From positions 32,922,001 to 32,986,000 of the forward strand of contig CM022665.1 in the NCBI GenBank assembly GCA_012295275.1: a stretch of DNA of 64,000 nucleotides. The letters run 5' to 3'. The DNA comes from Chrysomallon squamiferum. Lineage: Eukaryota > Animalia > Mollusca. Made by a program: the position numbers and the translations under genes. The stretch's first letter is position 1. Every line of letters begins with the position of its first letter. The notes beneath the pieces are model-generated. The model did not search any database and was not told the origin of the DNA. It saw only the letters and a program-made list of their open reading frames with translations. This document shows positions 21,705 through 33,417 of the stretch, piece after piece.

Positions 21705-22538
21705 AGTCTTAAAACCTGTTCTCCCCTTATATTCCAAAATCCGAAACACTTTCCATTTCGGATAAAGGATTCTCAACCTGTTAACGTTCTTTAAAGTCTG
21801 TGTATTTTTTAAGTACGTTGATTACACTTGACAAGCAGCCTGCTGATACATCACAACTGTTGTAATAATACAGAAAGAAGGAAAAAAGAAAAAGAAGAAA
21901 GCTATTGACTCAGTATGAATATGTCTGAATTATTATTTTTCTTATATTTGTTTTATAGGTGGATGAAAATGTAGCTGAATGGTTTCAAGCATATTGTGGT
22001 TGCTGCATTGTTAGGGATGGATTATACTGTACGTGCCGTCCAGTCTTGTGGAAAGAGAAATATAAAACTTTGACTGGTGCCTATCAAAAAATAAACTAAA
22101 ATGTTAAGTTTAATCGGCTGCAATCTAACCTGTGTACAGAAATGTGTTAGTGTGGCCCCCGACGACGACGTCGAGACCTCGCACGTTCTTTGCTATTTCT
22201 TTGTCCATAAAGAAACCGGAATGTCCAAGAGCAATAATTTTGTTGACGCCTTCTTTCTCTAAAGCGTCAACTTCAGTTTGTAAGGAAGCGATCTCAGGAT
22301 TGAATAACAGATTGGGTCCTAAAGTTATAAAAAACTAATATAAATCAACATTGCTCTACGTAATAATAACAACAACAACAAATATGAAATGAAATGATTA
22401 AAAAAATGTTTTTTTTTTGTTGTTGTTTTTTTTTTTTTACGACATACTGTGGTTAAGATTCATTAAGAAATATTAAACTCGAACTGTTGGAAGATTGCTT
22501 GTTTGCAGAACAAACATAATATCAAGAAGGCACAGCAA

Positions 22539-22594
<56 letters not shown>

Positions 22595-24723
22595 ATGAAA
22601 GAAAAATAAAGCGGAGGGAGAAATCGATGAAATTTGAGTTTGACAGATAAATTTATTTTAATATGACGATTACAAGCAGACATTAGTTAGTCATAAAATT
22701 GACAGGTAGAAAGATAACAGTAAAATATTAATATGACTTTCGTTTTTCTAACAGACTATTCAAACCTGGTGATGATATGAATGCTGTATATGGTGTAGTG
22801 TAGCCCACAATACCTATCCGTTCACCGCCAACACTGATAACATGTCTGGTGCTAAATCTTTTAAGCAACTCAGGTTTTTTGGAGGCGTTTATGTTACTGT
22901 TAACAACTGTAAAGTTGATAATATCAAGAAAAGGTAGAAGTCCTTTGATACCTCTGTCGAATTCATGATTACCAAATGCCTATGGAAGAAAAAATATAGT
23001 AAAATCAGCGGTAGACGGCAGTGACCACTTTTTCAAAATATAGTTAACAAGAATATATATATGGAAAAAGTTCGGCAGAATGAATAAACATGTCTACAGA
23101 GTAACATGGTAAACATATTGTTACATGAATTGAAATCTCAGATCGTGTCCCAAACTCCCAGTTCTAATCCGAAACAGAACTTGCGCCTAGAACGTTTTCT
23201 CTCTCGTTTGCAGCTAGAACTCTGCTTATCTACAAATGGAATCAGAATGATACCAGTCTTTAAAATGTTCTTCTTCCGCAACATTTCTCACCAAAGCGAC
23301 ATGCCTAGATTATTCACGACATAATCTGATATTAGCAAAGTGCATGTAAAAGATTCCTCGCTGTCTGTTCAGCGAACATTATATCGAGGTTGTTAATTTC
23401 CTTCAAATATCGTGTTCGAATCGTTTCTCTCATATTTTTCTGTGTTTAATGTTGTAAAGCGTGTATTGGGGTTGAACTGTCGCAACTTTCACAACCCTCT
23501 AAGCAGTGCGTTGGTAATTGTGTATTTTCGGAAAAGAAAATACAAACACGGTTCATCTTTCAACTAGAGTGTCGCACACGACACCCACATCAAATAGCTC
23601 TGTTTGGCAGGAACTGACTAAATAACGGGCAATTATCAGTGTTCACTAGTGCAATTCCATTGGTCGGACGTTACATTTGGAGGGGATGGAAGTCAAAACA
23701 ACATCCCTGAGTGCTGGAGATGTAACCCTAGGAACATGGCTCCGAGTAAAAGAGTTGCCTGTGTCCAGATCTGTTAGGTGTCAGAGGGAAAAGAGGTCAG
23801 GGAAATTTATCAGTTGATGGATAATCATAAATATGTGCGTGATGGACGTAACATCAAAAGGACACGGGTAAAAACCAACTAACTTTACTTCAGAATTGTT
23901 TTGAAATACATATTTTCCCTTGGAGTAAAGTCGAAATGGATATAGATGATGACTACAGTTATAATTTAGCTTGAGAATAAAAGTACAATGTATAAGGAAA
24001 ATTATTACATAATTGTGTATGACGGACATTACGGTGACAGTTACATTTTGTTCGTTAACTTCGGTTAAGATAAAAACATTGTAATACATAATCAAGATCA
24101 AGATCATCTACATTCAACATGATACCGAAGTCACCGAGGATTTAAAATACGTCTTTCAATATAAGGACTTCATTTTTTTTTTTTTTTAATATATTGGCTT
24201 TTATCAATTCTGTACCTACTTTTCTTTAGGCTTCTCTTTCAGCGCTGCACACGGGCTTTTAATCTTTTATTAACTGACATTTTAAAATGAAATTTGTAAT
24301 TACTTGGTAACACACACTCTTTTTCTTGGATCTTGAGATGATACTGTTTCAGAACAGTAGCAAATGATCTTTATTTCTGAGGATGTTACCTCGTGAACTG
24401 GAACTGATTTTCCTTGATAATGGCTCAGGAAGTGAACAAGGAGAAGTACTGAAGATTTGCGGAGAAAAAGACTGGTCAAATATAAGTTTCAATATTTCAT
24501 AAAAAAATTAATTCACGACAATGTGGTGTTTTTTGTTTTTTGTTTTGTGTCTGTGTGTTTTGGGGTGCTTTTTTATTTTTATTTGTTAAATTTAGTGCCC
24601 CATTATAATATATACTGCAGGGCCCACACGAGATAAACCGGCCCAGCCTCGCTGTTATCATTGTATATGACAAGCACCCCATAACCATTAGTTTCAGAAC
24701 GTAAACCTATCGTTATACATTCA

Positions 24724-24784
<61 letters not shown>

Positions 24785-27700
24785 TTAAATCCTCTCTTCT
24801 CTTTCTTCTTCTTGTGCCTTTTTATTTTTTATTTTTAAATTATTATTATTATATATTTTTGTAGAAAAAACATCGATTTGACGATAGCTCTTGTTGCTCT
24901 TATTCTTTTTCTAAAAATACCTTGTTCAGCTTAAATTACGTTGTCAAATGGATGTACGTATGTTTCTATACTGTGTCTGTGTGTGTAAGTGTGATATGTA
25001 TGTATGAATGTATGTTTGTATACTGTGTCTGTGTGTATTTGTGTATGAGTGTGATATATATGTATGAACGTATGTTTCTATACTGTGTCTGTGTGTATTT
25101 GTGTATGAGTGTGAGTGTGATATGTATGTATGAACGTATGTTTGTATACTGTGTCTGTGTGTATGTGTGTATGAGTGTGATATATATGTATGAACGTATG
25201 TTTCTATACTGTGTCTGTGTGTATGTGTGTATGAGTGTTAGTGTGATATGTATGTATGAACGTATGTTTGTATACTGTGTCTGTGTGTATGAGTGTGATA
25301 TATATGTATGAACGTATGTTTGTATACTGTGTCTGTGTGTATGTGTGTATGAGTGTTAGTGTGATATGTATGTATGAACGTATGTTTGTATACTGTGTCT
25401 GTGTGTATGTGTGTATGAGTGTGATATATATGTATGAACGTATGTTTCTATACTGTGTCTGTGTGTATGTGTGTATGAGTGTTAGTGTGATATGTATGTA
25501 TGAACGTATGTTTGTATACTGTGTCTGTGTGTATGTGTGTATGAGTGTGATATATATGTATGAACGTATGTTTCTATACTGTGTCTGTGTGTATGTGTGT
25601 ATGAGTGTTAGTGTGATATGTATGTATGAACGTATGTTTGTATACTGTGTCTATGTGTATGTGTGTATGAGTGTGATATATATGTATGAACGTATGTTTC
25701 TATACTGTGTCTGTGTGTATGTGTGTATGAGTGTGATATATATGTATGAACGTATGTTTCTATACTGTGTCTGTGTGTATGTGTGTATGAGTGTTAGTGT
25801 GATATGTATGTATGAACGTATGTTTGTATACTCTGTCTGTGTGTATGTGTGTATGAGTGTGATATATATGTATGAACGTATGTTTGTATACTGTGTCTGT
25901 GTGTATGTGTGTATGAGTGTGATATATATGTATGAACGTATGTTTCTATACTGTGTCTGTGTGTATGTGTGTATGAGTGTTAGTGTGATATGTATGTATG
26001 AACGTATGTTTGTATACTGTGTCTGTGTGTGTGTGTGTATGAGTGTGATATATATGTATGAACGTATGTTTCTATACTGTGTCTGTGTGTATGTGTGTAT
26101 GAGTGTTAGTGTGATATGTATGTCTGTTTATGAATTAAAGAACGTACTGGCACAGGAAATTCTTTTATTACTAAAGAAAAATAAATCATTTTCTAATTTT
26201 ATCTCTAGGGATTCGATTTAACTTAAAATTGACCATTGTAATGTTTATTACAGTGTTCTTTGGTCCTTTGTCAATATATTTATTATTTTGTTATTATTTG
26301 TAAAAAAATAACAACCATTTATTTACATGCATGAAACCTTTTAAAACTATATGCAGAAGCGTTCAGACATGTTTAAAATTATATTTTATAGAGCAAGACA
26401 TTACATCTCTAAATCTATTTAAAACTATTTCAAAAACTACTTAGGAAGTATCCTTTCTAAAAAAAATCTATAAAATATTGTGACATTTAATACCAATACC
26501 CTTCTAGAAATCAATACATTTCAAAAATGTATTTACAACTATTTAAAACACTTTTCAGGAGATAACCTTTCTCAAAGTCTGTAAAAAACGTAACATTTCA
26601 AATATATTTTTCCAAAAATGTCATAAAACATGACATATCATTTGAAAACGTCTTAAATCATTTCCGTACTTTTTACTGAATTAATTCGTAAATCCTTTGG
26701 ATAGACGTATTATTCCGAAAATCGCGTAGAAACTAAAATGTCTTTTAGACTTGGTTTTTTTCTGTAAGCTATGACGAGACGTGCTGTTAGTGGATTTTTC
26801 ATAGTAGTTTGTAAATTAAAATATTGCTCCTTCATAATTTTACCAACGTCAACGTTGCAGCGATTGTAAATTATTGGGAAAATTATTTTATGTCTCTCTT
26901 TACATTTGCCCGAGTCAGCATTTATTCCAAATTGTTTTATGGTTTGTAACGTTCGAATCCAAAACGCTTCTCGTTCAAGTCTAAAAAGGTCGGTTTCAGT
27001 TTCGGACTCGATATGGGCGTTTGCTCTCTTGGGATTATTTCAAAATGATCCTCCAATATATAACCAGGTAGGTTAAAGTGTTTGGCGACAGGAATGTCAA
27101 CTTCATACCTAATATCGTATTTGTGACAAGCAGTTCTAACACGTAACATATTTTGTGTTTGGCCGACGTACTGTTTTTTACACAAATTGCATGTTATCAA
27201 ATACACAACATTTTTGAAATCGCAGTCTAGGTCAGTTCGGATCTGATATTCACTTTTTGTTTGCTCGCTACTGAACGTAGACTGAGATTTTATGTCGTGG
27301 AGTCTGTGTCTGTGTGTTTGTGTGTGTGTGAGTGAGTGTGATATGTATGTATGTACGTATGTTTGTATACAGAGTTTGTGTGTATATATGTGTGAGTGTG
27401 AGTGTCATATGTATGTATATACTTATGTTTGTATACAGTGTCTGTGTGTGTGAGTGTGAGTGTGAGTGTGAATGTGACATGTATGTATTGTAATAACTCT
27501 TTTATCTTTCAAAATATTTTGAAACAAAATAAAATGTATTTTTTATGTGAAGATAGTGAATTTTGTTGTAAGTCTCTGCAAACTGAAGCTGAATTAAATA
27601 ATGAAATTATCTTTTTTCTTTTTAAAAACATAAATTAAAGCATTAAATGTTTGATATGTAACGAAATATATTTCTAAAAGATAATACTGTTCTCGTTCCT

Positions 27701-28323
27701 TAAGCAAATAAAAAGTAAGACTGAAAATTTTTGAAACAACAGAAAAAATTAAATAAAAACAAATAAATAAAAGTTAAATTAAATTAAACAAAATAAATAA
27801 TAATAAAACAACACCCTTTCAAAAAAGCACAAAAAAGCAAACTCAGAACACAAAAACAACAACAACAAACCCCTTGAAAAACCTCGTCCTCCAAAAACAA
27901 CAACAACAAACCCCTTGAAAAACCTCGTCCTCCAAAAACAACAACAAAAAAAAAAAAAAAAAACAAACAAAACAAACAAACAACAAACAAACAATGTTGT
28001 ATAGTGCAGAAACGCTAAACAACCGCTTTCTATTTAAAAATAATAATAATAATAAATAATAATAATAAAAAATAAAATTAATAAAAATAAAATGTCGTTT
28101 TTCCATTTGAGAAAAATGATAAATACTTTTTTGAAGTTTGTCTCAAATTTAAAAACTGGTAAAAATAAAGCATAATATTACACTGTCTAACAAAATAATT
28201 TTATTTATTATTTATTATTATTATTTTTAAGTATTATTCCTTGTAATAATAACTTAGATTTAGAAATACAGGCAGATACATCAACAATAATTTTAAATAG
28301 CATGAAAAAATTACAATATTTAT

Positions 28324-28413
<90 letters not shown>

Positions 28414-28799
28414 ATTGTACACAATACATCAGCTATATTATTTCATGTAAAAGCTTGTCAAAAACTGTTTCTTACCTACAATGTTTTGTAGGATAAAACA
28501 ACATGACACGCCCACTTCTCGCCCAATCATGTGACCTCAGGCGACTTCTAAGACCCGCTCTCTTTAGGTGGTGTTAATGATAAATGTCACGGAGTGAACA
28601 TGTTTAAATGAGTTTGGCTTCAGTGTATGAATAACATTACGCCAGTTCTCCGATCAACAACTTCTCGCTCTGCCGGCTAAACTATTTGTTTTGAAATGTT
28701 ATGAGTGACAAGTTATTTGATGTGCTACGCATTTATGTTTTAGTTTGATATCATGCTATAGAAAGCAATAAATGTTTTGCGCAAGAAAACTGAGCACCT

Positions 28800-28844
<45 letters not shown>

Positions 28845-28927
28845 CATCTATTTCCACGGTCGCAATGCGCGTGACTTCAGTGTGGAAAAGGCCAGTAAAT
28901 ACGTACAAAACTAGAACGAAAAAGATT

Positions 28928-28958
<31 letters not shown>

Positions 28959-31900
28959 AAAGAAACGCAAAATGGTTGATTTCTTAGATAACTATTATAA
29001 ACTGACACATATCGATGAATATAATGACATTTGGTCATTCAAACATAGCTATTGTTACAGTCGCCAAAAAGCAGGTAACACAAAATAAAGGCTATGATCG
29101 TGTTTATTAGCCAAAACGTCCCCGCATGCAAACCTCGTTACCAGTGCATGTGCACGTACAGCACACCAAACTTGAATACGAGGGTTATAAAAATAGAAGG
29201 TTTTCAAATACTTCTGTTCGTTATTTTTGTTCTGACCCAACATCAAACAAATGCCACGACTGAGTGAACCGCAACGAAACAACGCCATCGGCCGTTTACA
29301 AGCTGGCGAATCCTTCTCGGGACGAAATTCGATTCATATACACAGGTGCACACATATTCACACACACATATATACATACACGTGTATTTTACACACAAAC
29401 ATACATACATACATGCGTAATTATACACACACATACACACACACACACACATCAGACTACATACATATACCTACATATATACACACATATATACAAACAT
29501 ATGCAAAAGTATTAAGAACTAAGTAACAAAATAGTGTGAAAATGTTTGCAGTACAAACAGCAGAAAACATACACATAGAAAGTATTTCGCCACTGGGTTA
29601 GGTATACATTTAAAATTATTTTGTGATTCGTTTGTAACAGAAGAAACAAGAAAAAAAAAAGAAGAAGAAAGATACAAGTGTTAGCATAGTTACTATATCT
29701 ACATACAGATATTTTGAATTCGTATAATAATCTATTATCAGAATGTAGACCGTATATACATCTTGAATGATTAAATAGGTAAACAGGCGGACAGACGCTC
29801 AACTATTCACACACACACACACACACACACACATCCATATAAATACCTACATATTACAGAAATACAGACAGGCGAATAACCGCTCTGATAGATAGAAATA
29901 CAGATAGATAAATGGATGGAAAGAGAGATATACAGATATAAAGGCAGAGATAGACAAACAGATAGATAAATAGATGGATGATTGATAACACCAAAAACAT
30001 AATTTTTAGAATAAATTCATTCTGGGCATGTGTGTGTACCTGTACGTGTTTGATAGTAACATAAATAAATTCACCCAGAAGAAATTTTTATAAATAAAAA
30101 TACTCAGAAAACAAGAACAATAACGATAACAAACAATAATAGAACTGTTGTAAAATAATGCACTTTATAGTATTTTTTTTTATTATTAAATACATTATGC
30201 ATACATGTATGTATGTGTATGTATGTATGCATGTTTATGTATATATGTATGTATGAATGAATGTTTTGGGCTGTTCTGCACCTGGTAGACATCGTATAAA
30301 TGTAAATAATGAGTTAACAGCTGTGAGTAATATGTTTCCTTGTTTCCGACATTTATTTTATTTTATTAAATTTACTAACGTATAACTTACAAGAATGTAC
30401 GTTTTACAGAACGAATACTTGAAATAATGAATCATTAAGTAACCACTCCTTTAAATATTTGATTTACAGAAACATCATAACATTACTGTTTATTTCCGTA
30501 AAGAAATGACGTATGCATTTACTGTGGTACCTTGACTTACAAGTCTAATTCGTTCCATGACCGAGCTCGTAACTCAATTTGCTCGTATATGAAATCAGTT
30601 TTCCCAAATGAAATTAATTGAAATACCATTGATTCGTTCCAGCTCCCCAAAAACCAACCCTATTTTTTGTAACGTTTTTTTAAATAAGAAAAATGTATGT
30701 ATAAATGACAAATATTGCATAAAAACAAAATAAAAGAGAATGTAAAGAAAAAAATTGGTTTTGTAAAGTGTACAGGGTTAGGGTTTCTCCATCCTTTCAT
30801 GGACAGATGTCCGCAGCTCAGAAATTATTTTAACGCCTTTGGCTGGAGTTATAGCCTTTATCGACTCCTGCTGCTTCAGTATGGTACATATCGTAGTGCC
30901 TAGCCATATTGACTACACGCACATGCTTTAATTTCATGCTTTAATTCAGTGGACATCATCCGCTTCTTCTTCTCAGCATTGTCCTTTGAACTCACTTTCT
31001 TAGGGTCCATGGAAATTTGTCAAAATACTGCACAAAACTCGAGCACAACACAATAGAGATGTTTCCACGGCGAGGTAACCACGTGAGAGACGGGATGCTG
31101 GGCGGATGTTGTGTTGTTCGTTACTCGGGTTTTGGCTCGCAAATCACAGCAAAAAATCGACCGGGCGACTGCTCGTAACTCGAGGTACCATTGTATATTA
31201 CACGTGCACTGGGAAACGGATCTTAGTTTACGAGACTAAACAATATTAAAGTTCGTTAAACTGCTCATTCAGAGGTAACGTTCCAGTCAGTAATCAGTGG
31301 CAAATAAACGACTCTTTTATGATAATTCGTAGCTAAATTAAACAGAGAGAACAAATATTGTAAAATCGTATATTTGATATTAATTATACGTTAATATTAA
31401 AATACTTTGAGTTAAAAAGTAATCATTTATTCATTCAGTACCACACTACTTTCAACAAGAAATATACAGGGTGTACTTACACCTAAACGATACAGTAATA
31501 CCTCGCTTTACGTTAATTTCGGCCTACGTCAAATTCGTCTTTTTTTAGAATGAATTTCTATTAAAAATATATTTAAAATAAATGTTTAAACTCTTTTCTT
31601 CAGATACATTATTAATTATATATTGATCGTTTCACTATATTTTAACTTTAAAAAAAGAAAGTACAACAAACTCACCATAGCATCATAGCCAAGGATATTC
31701 ATAAATTTCGCCGAGACATTTCCCCCATATTTATAGAACCATAAAGTTCCCGTGTACTGATCACCAGCATCCAGCAGAATTGAATTAGGAAATACATTTT
31801 TTATTTTCTTAATTTCTGACATCAGTCGAGCAGTTCCGCCGAAACATTTTCCATCTGATTTGTCCTTTTTACGACACACTCCACTGTATTTATTTGTCTC

Positions 31901-32014
31901 TTCAAATCGACCGTGAACATCGTTAGTATGCATTATTGTCAAATTAAAACTAAAACAAAACACGAAAGAACAAGAAAAAAGAAAAAATATGGTGTAGAAA
32001 AAACACGGCCCCAT
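18141..32014 (-). CDS. NT5E: Ecto-5'-nucleotidase (CD73)-like protein, copy B, about 589 aa, canonical active-site motifs, signal peptide plus GPI tail
   Basis: Nine in-phase exons: 31676-32014 (alternative in-frame ATG at 32035), 22766-22979, 22130-22318, 21217-21414, 20483-20614, 20099-20218, 19583-19744, 18661-18864, 18141-18352. Motifs: HTNDVHGRF, DAGDQYTGT, AFGNHEFD, ALGHSGF, VVGGHTNTFLY, CRAEECNIGN, VLPFRNT, GGFLQVSG. Five internal exons have exactly the same length as in copy A (189, 198, 132, 120, 204). Confidence 0.96.
23100..23600 (+). mobile_element. Possible scrambled Penelope-like remnant
   Basis: A higher-complexity island with peptides TPSSNPKQNLRLERFLSRLQLEL and EKKIQTRFIFQLECRT, reminiscent of Penelope ORF N- and C-terminal segments. 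Heavily degraded. Confidence 0.3.
24950..26122. repeat. Minisatellite of alternating 60-bp and 66-bp units; a degenerate related block lies at about 27300-27490
   Basis: Core unit GTGTGATATATATGTATGAACGTATGTTTCTATACTGTGTCTGTGTGTATGTGTGTATGA. The longer unit adds GTGTTA and carries TTTG in place of TTTC. Confidence 0.95.
26905..27299 (-). mobile_element. Penelope-like retroelement GIY-YIG endonuclease remnant (frameshifted)
   Basis: Reads YQIRTDLDCDFKNVVYLITCNLCKKQYVGQTQNMLRVR..HK..I...VAKHFNLPG, then after a frameshift RLEREAFWIRTLQTIKQFGIN. This is a typical Penelope-like element endonuclease C-terminus. Confidence 0.85.
28950..29313 (+). mobile_element. 5' end of a Tc1-like transposon
   Basis: The ATG at 29251 opens MPRLSEPQRNNAIGRLQAGES, a typical Tc1 transposase N-terminus, which is truncated into a (CA/TA) microsatellite. 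Confidence 0.7.
30522..31193 (-). mobile_element. Internally deleted Tigger/pogo DNA transposon
   Basis: TA target duplications at 30520-30521 and 31194-31195. TIRs are CTGTGGTACCTTGACTTACAAG and (reverse complement) CAATGGTACCTCGAGTTACGAG. The minus-strand ATG at 31010 gives MDPKKVSSKDNAEKKKRMMSTELKHEI, then after deletions or frameshifts TICTILKQQESIKAITPAKGVKIISELRTSVHERMEK, a psq/CENP-B-type HTH. Confidence 0.9.
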
Positions 32015-32038
32015 GTTGTCTCTTATTCTGCTCATAAG

Positions 32039-32075
32039 AAATGAAAGGAAATCACAGTTAAATCCTATTTATATA
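32039..32075 (-). promoter_or_regulatory. TATA box plus initiator core promoter of NT5E copy B
   Basis: Minus-strand TATAAA begins at 32073 and an Inr-like TCATTT has its A at 32042, the canonical -31 spacing. The ATG at 32014 has a good Kozak context (AACATGG). Confidence 0.55.
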
Positions 32076-32371
32076 AGAAAACCTGCAGTTCATGACCTAT
32101 GACTAAGACTGGTACTAATTCTTCAATGAGAGAACTCGTAAAATACAAATGTATTTCACGTAGTACATTTAATATTTGAATAGCCTTATTATAGTATTCA
32201 CAGACTGGCCTTTACACACATACACACACACACACACACACAAACACACTTTTCTTCTTTATATATATTATTATTATATTTGCTTTCAAATTTTATTAGT
32301 TAAGAAAATCAATCCTTTTAAGATATTACATGAATGCACCAGCATGCGCCCTACATACAAACTATACATAG

Positions 32372-32402
<31 letters not shown>

Positions 32403-32713
32403 GAATAGAAACTCTTTCGTCAGAAAATAAGCTGTCGGAGCGAATCCACGATTTAAAATAGGAGAAGTATATCATCATGGGTCTATTTCAAGAAAACATT
32501 GCTTACGTTATCAAGAAATAAATAACAGCGGCAAAAACTTTTTATTTTATTATTTTTTTAAATTTAATTTAATTTTATTATTACTTTTTGTTTGTTTGTT
32601 TGAAAGAACTTCGGCTTATAGTTGTTTGGAGAGGGGGTTGGTAAAAAATTTTGATTAATAATAATTTAAAAAGTTTAAAGCACGAAATCTATATATTAGT
32701 AAGGACAAAGTAT

Positions 32714-32744
<31 letters not shown>

Positions 32745-33367
32745 TTACTTGATATATTTCAGCTTAAACTGCAAACAACAAAACAAACAACAACAAAAAC
32801 TATGCCTTCTTCAATTTAATCATAATTGTCATTTAACGTACTTCGTTTTTCAGGTGATCGTTTCTTCCGGTTATTACTTAAATACAAAACAGTCTGAACT
32901 CAGACACGGGACAATGCTCAGAGACTTCCGAACAGAAGCACGCGACATGGTAGTCAAAGCAAACTGAAGCATGTTGGGGACATAGAAAAGAGGTCAAGGA
33001 CAATATTAACGATTAATCTCTAACGACGTCGTAAAACCTCCTGATAGACAGTATTGTATCAACGGAATGATCAGCGACTGGCCCAAAATGTAGTTTTGAC
33101 GATGTTGACGTGTTTTGTTTTGTTATTGTTGTTTTTTAAAGAAAAGAAACTACTGATTCGTTGTTAATGTTTTTGTATACTTACACAGTTTGCAAACAAT
33201 CGTAAACTGAACACGATGAAGAATCACGTGTAACTATAATTTAAACTGCACCAGTATGATTTATTTATAAGCGAACAAGGTTGAAAATTCTTTGCGAGAA
33301 AAGGTATTTTTGCCATTTTTGAAAAATAAGTTATACCTATCACAAGAATAATTTGTTAGTTTTATTA

Positions 33368-33417
<50 letters not shown>

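Noticed and set aside
24922-26221. 321-aa Cys/Tyr/Met-rich repeat ORF, or a CRISPR-like array
   Set aside because: Head-to-tail minisatellite with no unique spacers, in a eukaryotic intron and antisense to the host gene. The open frame follows from unit lengths that are multiples of 3 and from stop-poor composition.
32749-33090. Higher-complexity island with a short ORF upstream of NT5E-B
   Set aside because: No recognisable protein or TE motif and no supporting neighbouring exons.
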